Shown: piece after piece, positions 24,512-31,956 of the stretch
Layout: every line of letters begins with the position of its first letter
How positions within the stretch are numbered: the stretch's first letter is position 1
Virus record (IMG/VR): IMGVR_UViG_3300009155_003695
Coordinates: 1 to 36,536 of that record
Length of the DNA: 36,536 nt
Origin: a virus
Lineage: Duplodnaviria > Caudoviricetes
Direction: 5' to 3' (one strand)
Position numbers and translations under genes: made by a program
The notes under the pieces: model-generated
The model's database searches: none
What the model was told of the DNA's origin: nothing
The model's input: the letters and a program-made list of their open reading frames with translations, nothing else

Positions 24512-25243
24512 TTAGACATATTTGTGGTCTGTTAAAAACGGCATTACAATTTTGTCAACAAACTCTTGATTTTGCACACTAGTCGGGTGACAAATATCAT
24601 CAGCATCAAAGTCAGTGTCGGTACAGTCTCGTGCCCACTCATAGATACCATTCACTGGTAAAAATTTTGTAAAATCAATTTGTTCCAGTAAAGGTTTTAC
24701 ATCTTCGTGATCTCGAAACCTATCAGCAAATACTTCCTGTGTGAAATTAAACATAAAATATGGAATCTTATGCAATTGCAAAAACCACTGAGTTCTTAAC
24801 ACATGTTCACAAGTCAAGATTGCACTACCGGCATCGTCATGAAAGTTTTTGTAAAAAGTTTCACACAATATATTATCCCAGTGCGGATTTAACAATGCCC
24901 AAGAGCCCCATCCATTTTTGTTGAACTTGACTGGATTGACCCACCACCCGTCTTTTTTGTTAAGACGTTCTGGTACTGTGCTAGCGAAGAACTCATGTCG
25001 ATTTGGGCCAGACCAAGAAATCCCAACCAGTAGTTCTTCGGGCTGATGCGTTTTTAGTGCTTCGGCAATATCGTGCAAAACACCACGACTGATCATGCCA
25101 TTGCCCTGGGCAACCATGGCACTGGATGTGTGGTGGTCTTCGAGTCCCAATTGTTCAGCTAGAAAAACGGGCCAAGTACGATGTCTGTAACCGGAATTCA
25201 CAAAACTACAACTACACCCACCTGTGATTAATTTTTTAAACAT
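24512..25243 (-). CDS. SGNH-like hypothetical protein
   Basis: GGCS, GN..I.R, WS...R.E and a C-terminal DD.CHP; distant paralog of 8362-9066 and 10347-10994. Confidence 0.55.
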   Translation of the reverse strand: MFKKLITGGCSCSFVNSGYRHRTWPVFLAEQLGLEDHHTSSAMVAQGNGMISRGVLHDIAEALKTHQPEELLVGISWSGPNRHEFFASTVPERLNKKDGWWVNPVKFNKNGWGSWALLNPHWDNILCETFYKNFHDDAGSAILTCEHVLRTQWFLQLHKIPYFMFNFTQEVFADRFRDHEDVKPLLEQIDFTKFLPVNGIYEWARDCTDTDFDADDICHPTSVQNQEFVDKIVMPFLTDHKYV

Positions 25244-25246
25244 ATA

Positions 25247-26428
25247 TTAGTATTTAGAAGCAGGTACATGGTCGCGGTAGCGATTACCACTGCGATTCCA
25301 TTTCTTCTCGCCCTTGCCTTGCATGATATCAACTACACGATCAATTGTGCCGTTGTTCCAGTCACTGATCTTGCCAACATTGTGGTGTTTGTCTGCCAAC
25401 AAACCTGTTAGCTTGGACATTGCATCAGTCATGCTCCAAGGTACATATAGTCGGTCAGCGTCATTTGCAAAAGTTTCAGGAAAACTACGATATGCAGGAT
25501 AAAGAACATTACACCCCAGAGTGTCGGCTTCGGATACAGTGTTAGATACCCAGTCTTGAAGAGCACAATTAAAGAGAACACGAGTATCATTAACAAGGGC
25601 GTAGTATTCATTTTTGCTTAGATTTTCGTGGATTTCTAATTTGCCGTCGGCCATTAGTTGGTATGCTCGCGTCACATAGTCAGGATTGTTACTGCGCAGT
25701 GGCCCGCCTTGGAAGATGGCAAATTTGACATCGGGGTGATCTTTTGTATATTCTTCTATCAGATCCATAAAGAAGCCCGGTTGCTTCTCTTGATCAAACC
25801 TGGCTGCAAAGCCCACACGTTTTGTACGTTCTGCAAACGGCTTGATGTTTTCTACACCACCAATGCGCTCTAGTACTTCTTCTTTGCCAAATGCTAAGCC
25901 ACTAATATTGTATATAGGAGCACGCCATCCAGCAATGCGCATGTGAGCAACCATTTCTTCGTTTGTGGCGAGAACTCCATCCACGAATTCATTAACCATT
26001 TGTTCGTAGAGTCCCATCCAACGTGCCATACCCCATACATGTACGAAATCATCAGGATCAATGGACTGAGCAAGACACCTAACATAAACCCGGGGACGCT
26101 GATTAGCAGGAATCTGATCAAATATATATGGTAAGGACTCAATGCCCGGTTGAAACATGTCTTCAAAGTAGATAACATCTTCACTTGTGACTTCCCCGTT
26201 CTTCATCATCTGAACCAAATTCATGATCTGGCTCATACCAAAATAACTGCGACCGTGTGCGTCTAACACTTGTCCCACTGAGATGGCCTGGCTATTGTCA
26301 ATGGTAGTGCCGGGAACATAAACAACGTCTAGACCACGTCGATCAAACACACGTCGGTTCCACTCTGTGAGTTGTAATGTGTAGCGGGCTTCGTAGCTTT
26401 CTAGCCCCATGTAAAATAGTTTTCTCAT
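25247..26428 (-). CDS. GT-B glycosyltransferase
   Basis: 393 aa with a C-terminal GT-B domain (ARFDQEKQP...Y..L....V.FN.ALQD.VS.TV.EA..LGC..L.P..RSFPE). Confidence 0.8.
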   Translation of the reverse strand: MRKLFYMGLESYEARYTLQLTEWNRRVFDRRGLDVVYVPGTTIDNSQAISVGQVLDAHGRSYFGMSQIMNLVQMMKNGEVTSEDVIYFEDMFQPGIESLPYIFDQIPANQRPRVYVRCLAQSIDPDDFVHVWGMARWMGLYEQMVNEFVDGVLATNEEMVAHMRIAGWRAPIYNISGLAFGKEEVLERIGGVENIKPFAERTKRVGFAARFDQEKQPGFFMDLIEEYTKDHPDVKFAIFQGGPLRSNNPDYVTRAYQLMADGKLEIHENLSKNEYYALVNDTRVLFNCALQDWVSNTVSEADTLGCNVLYPAYRSFPETFANDADRLYVPWSMTDAMSKLTGLLADKHHNVGKISDWNNGTIDRVVDIMQGKGEKKWNRSGNRYRDHVPASKY

Positions 26429-26430
26429 AA

Positions 26431-26655
26431 TCAGTTACGATACCCAGCAAGTCGACGAGTATCTTCATCCCACATGTTTTTAGCATGTTTATTTTGGATG
26501 GCCTTGTTGTATTGTTGGTAAGCGTAGCTCTTCCAATTATACAAATCGGATTCGTTGTAACGATAACCATAGTCTTGACAGAACTCCAAGTATTTTTCAA
26601 GGTCCTCAAAAATTTGAGTAACTTTGGGATTAGGAGTAAATGTAGGCTTTGCCAT
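26431..26655 (-). CDS. Hypothetical protein
   Basis: 74 aa with an AAGGA SD. Confidence 0.75.
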   Translation of the reverse strand: MAKPTFTPNPKVTQIFEDLEKYLEFCQDYGYRYNESDLYNWKSYAYQQYNKAIQNKHAKNMWDEDTRRLAGYRN

Positions 26656-26666
26656 TTTAAATTTCC

Positions 26667-27110
26667 TTAGATAGCAAGTGATTGATAAGGGCGGTGAGTT
26701 TCATATTTAATGAGGGCGCCGTTCTCACCATCTTCGGCAACCTCAATCCAGACACTACGTTCAGGATACTTGCTAGCAATTTGCAAATACAAATCGTCTG
26801 CGATCATTTCGCAACTTTTAAAGTTGAGTTCCAGTGTTCCTCCAGCATAGAGATTCTCCAGCCAGCGTTTGAATTGGATGAATTCAATATCTCTGTCGTT
26901 GTGAAACACATCAATCCACACCCGGAAGTGAAAAATATGGCGATGAGGCACGCCAAGAAAACTAACGTCATATTCATCACCGGTCGCCAACAGTGGATCA
27001 GTGGCAGCGGCAGGATACTTGTGTATGCCTTCTTTGCGGAAGGTGACCCAGATTTTTCTATCTGCATGCTGTTTAACTCGTTCAATTTTTTCTCTTAGTT
27101 CTTGATTCAT
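26667..27110 (-). CDS. Second QueD-like T-fold protein, DpdL-like (candidate CDG decarboxylase)
   Basis: EGIH, LGVPHRHIF (LxxxHRHxF), DRDIEFI, SCEMIA, V.EDGENG; two genes from the transglycosylase. Confidence 0.65.
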   Translation of the reverse strand: MNQELREKIERVKQHADRKIWVTFRKEGIHKYPAAATDPLLATGDEYDVSFLGVPHRHIFHFRVWIDVFHNDRDIEFIQFKRWLENLYAGGTLELNFKSCEMIADDLYLQIASKYPERSVWIEVAEDGENGALIKYETHRPYQSLAI

Positions 27111-27604
27111 AATTTTGAATCTCCCTTGTAATCATCCCAACTAGTAAAAGTTTCACGGCTCATCAAGCTGTGCAGACTATGACACCAGACGCCGGGATTG
27201 GTAGCGTCAAAGTCTTTGTCATCTATTTTTAACATTGTATTATAATTCCACAACTTTGTATATGGTATGCTTACTCGAATCTGTGGAATAAAATTGCGAT
27301 ACTCACACAAACCACCTTCGTGAAATTCTTCTACATGGGTAATGGGAATGTCCAGGCTACACAGATATCCTTTGTCTAAAAACGGTTGTATCATGCTTTC
27401 CCAACGTTGCCATCCAAGTGCGTTCTCTGGATGGAAGCTGTGATTGGCGCCAAAGAAAATGTGTTCAGTGCCAATAAGTTTAGATTCAATATCAGCAACT
27501 GGTTGTACTCCTACCACAAACAAAGTACGTTTGCCAAATGCAGGAGTTCGCTCTACTTCAACTCCGGTAAAAAAAGCAACATTGTCGTGACCTTCTCTGT
27601 TCAT
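27107..27604 (-). CDS. Hypothetical protein coupled to the transglycosylase
   Basis: 165 aa with ATGA overlaps on both sides; G.EVE.TPA.G..TLFV, HIFFGANHSF, KIDD.DF..TNPGVW. Confidence 0.8.
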   Translation of the reverse strand: MNREGHDNVAFFTGVEVERTPAFGKRTLFVVGVQPVADIESKLIGTEHIFFGANHSFHPENALGWQRWESMIQPFLDKGYLCSLDIPITHVEEFHEGGLCEYRNFIPQIRVSIPYTKLWNYNTMLKIDDKDFDATNPGVWCHSLHSLMSRETFTSWDDYKGDSKL

Positions 27605-29121
27605 TGTACACTGTCCTCTAATGCTTCTAATAGTTCCGGATTTAAGTCATCTTCTGAGTTAGAAGGTTCATCAACTTCAAACAGGTTGTTAAACATAGTG
27701 TGAGCATTTACTGCTCGCTTGCCAGTATAGCCACGTGTGCCAATCACCCGTTCCCATATATTAGCATGATCGTCGATTATCTGCAAGCTCTTTTGGCGAT
27801 CCTTGGCAGCAAATACTCGATCAATTACACTACGGAAATCAAACCAACGATCATTTGGGTGCAACAACATATCTGGACCTTGGCCACTGTCGTATACTCG
27901 ATTGGCTCGTTGCACAGCTTCAATATGCATCCAAACATTATGTCCCATTAATAATGCATAGCTGAAACTGTCCCAGGATGTTTTGCCTTCTTTGCCTATT
28001 TTATTTAGGTCGCCGGGTTTGTAGTAACAAATATCTGAGATCTTTAAACGGCTGGTAATAGGCGAGTCTTCAAAGTTTTTGTGAATGCCATCCTGTCGAA
28101 CAGCATCACCAAACAACCTATTGTCAGTAGCATACTTTTTATTATCAGCAGTGGCGCTCATTCGATAGCTCCACTTGTCGCGATTCTCGGTAACAATGCT
28201 GTGATATAACTGTCCATTGGCAGTGGCCAGGAACGGACTGGCACAATCAAAACTAATTGTGAACGTGGGGTTATGATGGTATCGAACTGCACGTTGGATA
28301 TCAGTAAGCAACACCGCCCACTCTAATTTACTAGTGCCCAAGAAGTGCATCCAATCGTGTAGGCCAGATTCTAACAAACCATCATGCATGAGATTGACAA
28401 TGCGCCTCAACACCAAATGCACATCACACATGTTCTGCCCGCCCATGCCCCAACCATCAAACGGACGTTGGTGTTTGTCGGGATTGCAGTAATCCTTCAT
28501 GGTTTCGTACCAATGATCTGCGTCACCGTGGTTGGCACCCTGCAACACATTTAAAATTTTAGTGTCACCATGTCGATTGTGCATCCAATATTCATTATTG
28601 AACTTGGTGGCATTGACAGCATCATCATAACTGTAAATGCCGGATGCTTTGGCCCACTCGGGGTTAGTACAAGTCCATGTGGGAATATCCATTGTCATGC
28701 CATGTGTGGCTATGCCGCACTGCCATTCTAGCACAGCACGGCGTTTCTTCTCAGCATTTTTGTCTTTGGGATTGGCCCACTCGCCGGGCCATACACCCTT
28801 GGCAATTTGGAATCCGCCCGAGTCACATAACATGGTTGTGCCAGCTTCGCGATTACGCACCATGTCCTCTTTGGGGTTCTGTCGCGTTAGATCCAAATCG
28901 GCATGTCCAGCTGAATACAAACTCCACTTGTAAGGAAACAAACCTTTTTGACTGTTGAGCCAGTTAAGTTGTTCCATGTCGGGAATACCAGCGGGCATGC
29001 GAGATTTGGGAATGTATTCGTCAAATCGTTGCTTGCCCACGTAAGTGGCATAAAAACTACTGATGGCCGGCAAAAATATTGCGTAGTCGTTTTGCTTGTC
29101 TGTTAAATTATCTTGTTCCAT
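27601..29121 (-). CDS. dpdA: TGT-fold guanine transglycosylase, probably DNA-acting (DpdA family)
   Basis: DSGGFQ, MTMDIP, VLQG, GWGMGG, HFLG and SFDCASP catalytic motifs in TGT order. It has no CxCxxC zinc motif of tRNA TGTs and is linked to folE, queD and queE. Confidence 0.8.
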   Translation of the reverse strand: MEQDNLTDKQNDYAIFLPAISSFYATYVGKQRFDEYIPKSRMPAGIPDMEQLNWLNSQKGLFPYKWSLYSAGHADLDLTRQNPKEDMVRNREAGTTMLCDSGGFQIAKGVWPGEWANPKDKNAEKKRRAVLEWQCGIATHGMTMDIPTWTCTNPEWAKASGIYSYDDAVNATKFNNEYWMHNRHGDTKILNVLQGANHGDADHWYETMKDYCNPDKHQRPFDGWGMGGQNMCDVHLVLRRIVNLMHDGLLESGLHDWMHFLGTSKLEWAVLLTDIQRAVRYHHNPTFTISFDCASPFLATANGQLYHSIVTENRDKWSYRMSATADNKKYATDNRLFGDAVRQDGIHKNFEDSPITSRLKISDICYYKPGDLNKIGKEGKTSWDSFSYALLMGHNVWMHIEAVQRANRVYDSGQGPDMLLHPNDRWFDFRSVIDRVFAAKDRQKSLQIIDDHANIWERVIGTRGYTGKRAVNAHTMFNNLFEVDEPSNSEDDLNPELLEALEDSVQ

Positions 29122-29458
29122 CTTGCTCCTTGGCCACTAGAGCAGTCATGATGTCTAGTTTTTCTTTCAAATCTCGGATGCCCGGATGCGATTCCGTCAA
29201 GAATTTAAATTTTATCTCTTCATCGCGTTTGACTCGTGCCCAATCCAACAAAGATTCAGCTTCGACAGTCAACCCAATACTGGAATAGTTACTACTGATT
29301 TCTTTCCAAGTAACACCATCCCAAGCTTCCATGTTGCCGGAATTGGTATTGTATCTAACTTGTCCAGCACCCTGTGCTCCGGGACTGAAGTATGGTGTCA
29401 TTGGGCTGCCATCGGTAATTTGTATATAACGGCCCATTGACGAAATAGATTTGATCAT
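29108..29458 (-). CDS. Hypothetical protein
   Basis: 116 aa (G.VRYN....MEAWDG.TW). Confidence 0.75.
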   Translation of the reverse strand: MIKSISSMGRYIQITDGSPMTPYFSPGAQGAGQVRYNTNSGNMEAWDGVTWKEISSNYSSIGLTVEAESLLDWARVKRDEEIKFKFLTESHPGIRDLKEKLDIMTALVAKEQDGTR

Positions 29459-29778
29459 AGTTTGAGGCTTTCCATTGTGATAATCTTACCCAAACTTTGT
29501 TCAAAATTTTCACTGTCGTGAATTAGATATATAGTAAACAAGTTGCGATCGTTGCGTTCATCGTAGGTACGGAAGATAACGATCTTTCCACCATGTGCAG
29601 ATTTTACTTGAATATTTAGACCGCCATCGGGCAACTCGGTGTCATGTCTGGCGCGAACCAGGTTCCGTTGAGATTTTGTGCTTGGCATGTTTACATACTG
29701 GTCCCCGGATAGAGAATCTTCTTCGATACCCATTGCTTGTTTGCACTTTTTAGCGAACCATTGATCAAACCATTTCAT
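29455..29778 (-). CDS. Hypothetical protein
   Basis: 107 aa with ATGA overlaps. Confidence 0.75.
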   Translation of the reverse strand: MKWFDQWFAKKCKQAMGIEEDSLSGDQYVNMPSTKSQRNLVRARHDTELPDGGLNIQVKSAHGGKIVIFRTYDERNDRNLFTIYLIHDSENFEQSLGKIITMESLKL

Positions 29779-30236
29779 ACTTTTATCTTTCTAGATGCTA
29801 GGTATTGTTCCCATTGTACCCATTTATTTTTAACTAAGAATCCCCAATCACGTTGTTTAGGTCCTGGCATAAACAATGTCCATGCTGTTACATTGGGGTC
29901 TAATTCTATACGATGATAAGAAGTAGCACTACAAGTCCTAAAATGCCCAGGCCCCCTCCAATGCCTAATTTCTCCAACTTTTCTTCCTACTGTATCAAAC
30001 TGAGGGATCCATTCATAGTAACCACCTTTCAGTATGAGTGTTGCGTAAGGCCAAGGATGGTCATGCACATCATCGGGATCTGATTTGAGGAACTTGTGCA
30101 GAAACACATTAAACGGAAAGTGATTTCTATCTTTGAGAAAAACATAATATCTTTCAAGATACGGAGCATTGTTGACTCTGTCCATTACTATACGCTTGCG
30201 TCCCAGACGCTCCATTATATTTAGAAACCACTTCAT
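29775..30236 (-). CDS. Cupin-fold metalloprotein
   Basis: LH....D....HDHPW....IL.GGY.E ... HRI ... WTLF..G...R.WGF. Confidence 0.7.
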   Translation of the reverse strand: MKWFLNIMERLGRKRIVMDRVNNAPYLERYYVFLKDRNHFPFNVFLHKFLKSDPDDVHDHPWPYATLILKGGYYEWIPQFDTVGRKVGEIRHWRGPGHFRTCSATSYHRIELDPNVTAWTLFMPGPKQRDWGFLVKNKWVQWEQYLASRKIKV

Positions 30237-30244
30237 AATATACC

Positions 30245-30976
30245 TTATTTGCTTTGTGCCGGAAGGATGTAGTTGTATTCTGCGAGACCACTGTTGACAG
30301 TGATCTTCATTGCACCATCATCACTGATGCGCACAATCTTATCACCAACCAATCCCAAGATAGACAATACTTGTGAAACTGGCCAGGCCAAATTTCTAGA
30401 CAGTGCGCCTTTAACACCTGGATGGAAAATAAATTCACCGGCGTGTGTTGAATGATCGCCAAAGCTGAATTTTAAATCGCCCTTGTCAATGCGAACAGCA
30501 AAGTTAGGCTCTTCGCTGTTGGCTTGATTTTGCATTTTTAAACGTTGGATACCAGCAACTGTGGGCTCAAATTCAACGTGCCAGTTAACACCTTTGAATT
30601 TTGGTGTCTTGAGTTTTTCAATTACGATCTCGCTGGTCATGAAGCGATAGTCGTTCTTGAAATCGCCAACTTTGTTTTCAAAATGCAAGCCAACAGGAAC
30701 ATCCTCGTTGTTGCGATTTTGTCTAGTAACATTGATAGTAGCACCTTCGCGGTATTCTTGCAAGTTCAGCAAAATTTTAAGCTTGTCCAAGTTTGGCATA
30801 CCAAACACGCCAATAAAGTCGGCAACTGGACCATTAAATTTTCCCTGCACAACAACACTGCGATCCTCGGCCAGGCTATCAATAGTGGTTTCGGAATCTG
30901 TTCCAGTGATTTTAACAAGGTCAATACAACCCAAATCATGGGTGTGACCAACTAAATCTAGTAAATGATCTCTCAT
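30245..30976 (-). CDS. DNA polymerase sliding clamp (gp45-like)
   Basis: 243 aa alpha/beta protein near polB, ending Y.YILPA; GGAG SD and TTGCAG-17-TATAAT upstream. Confidence 0.7.
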   Translation of the reverse strand: MRDHLLDLVGHTHDLGCIDLVKITGTDSETTIDSLAEDRSVVVQGKFNGPVADFIGVFGMPNLDKLKILLNLQEYREGATINVTRQNRNNEDVPVGLHFENKVGDFKNDYRFMTSEIVIEKLKTPKFKGVNWHVEFEPTVAGIQRLKMQNQANSEEPNFAVRIDKGDLKFSFGDHSTHAGEFIFHPGVKGALSRNLAWPVSQVLSILGLVGDKIVRISDDGAMKITVNSGLAEYNYILPAQSK

Positions 30977-31008
30977 ACGTTCTCCTTTTGTGTATTATAT
31001 AGATTAAT

Positions 31009-31956
31009 TTAAGCTACTGCAACAATTTTGGCAAGAGCTTGTCCGCCTCGTATGCTGGTAAGTGTGCCAGGTTTGGTTGCTTCTATCCAGGTCACAGCAG
31101 TGGTTATCTCTTGCCGTTGCGTGATTTTAAACCCCAGTTCTTCTAGGTATTCATAAATCATTCTTCCAGGGGTATACGAAGCACATTTGCGTTCAACCAT
31201 TTCAACCCCGCCAAAACGATCACAGTCGTTGAAGGTAAATGCCACAGTACCACCGGGGCGAAGTTTTTGGAATGTTTCGACCAAGTACTGTTTTATAACT
31301 TCATAAGGTTTGTTATGAAAGTAATTGTAAATTAGTGCAAACCCAATTTGATTATCTGGTACTGAATGCAGGTATGGTTTCTCTGCATCCCTAAACTCGT
31401 TGATGGTATAAAATCTCAACCTCTGTACATATTCTTCGTTAAATCTAGACTTAACTGGGTCCAACAATTCCCAAGCCTCGTCAAGCAAGTACAATGGATC
31501 AAGTGGCACTAAATTATCAATCCAGGGTTCCAGTGCTGGACGTATAACAAGACCGGGGTAGTGCCAGTCACTATTGGCCAACAGTCTGGATAAAACATAC
31601 TCTTGTTGTTCTTTTTCTAGAACAACAGTGCGTTTGATAATCCACTCTGGGCTATCATATCTAAGAGCTTCGTCATAGAGTTCGTAGCTGATAGTGAAAT
31701 ACTCATGCTCGTTTTCGGCAATCAACCTATTTAAAGATTCTTTGAGTGAGTATACTGTATTGGCGAATGTATCAACATTATCATTGATTTTGGCCATGTC
31801 GCTGATCAACTGATCAGTTAATTCGTAAAACTGCACTTCGTGAGTGCTTACACTGTGTACCACAGGCGCAATAAGTTGATGCAGAGTAGTTCGAGCTTGC
31901 CCTGGGTCAAACTTTTTCAAATGTGTTAGATATGATACAAGTGCGCTTAATTTCAT
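31009..31956 (-). CDS. Class I SAM-dependent methyltransferase-like protein with helical N-terminus
   Basis: C-terminal YL.E.FQKLRPGG..AFTFND motif; the SAM-binding motif I is degenerate. Confidence 0.55.
   Translation of the reverse strand: MKLSALVSYLTHLKKFDPGQARTTLHQLIAPVVHSVSTHEVQFYELTDQLISDMAKINDNVDTFANTVYSLKESLNRLIAENEHEYFTISYELYDEALRYDSPEWIIKRTVVLEKEQQEYVLSRLLANSDWHYPGLVIRPALEPWIDNLVPLDPLYLLDEAWELLDPVKSRFNEEYVQRLRFYTINEFRDAEKPYLHSVPDNQIGFALIYNYFHNKPYEVIKQYLVETFQKLRPGGTVAFTFNDCDRFGGVEMVERKCASYTPGRMIYEYLEELGFKITQRQEITTAVTWIEATKPGTLTSIRGGQALAKIVAVA

Noticed and set aside
27601-29121. Canonical tRNA-guanine transglycosylase for queuosine
   Set aside because: It lacks the CxCxxC zinc motif, is longer and divergent, and sits among phage replication genes. 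DNA-acting DpdA is more likely, though not proven.
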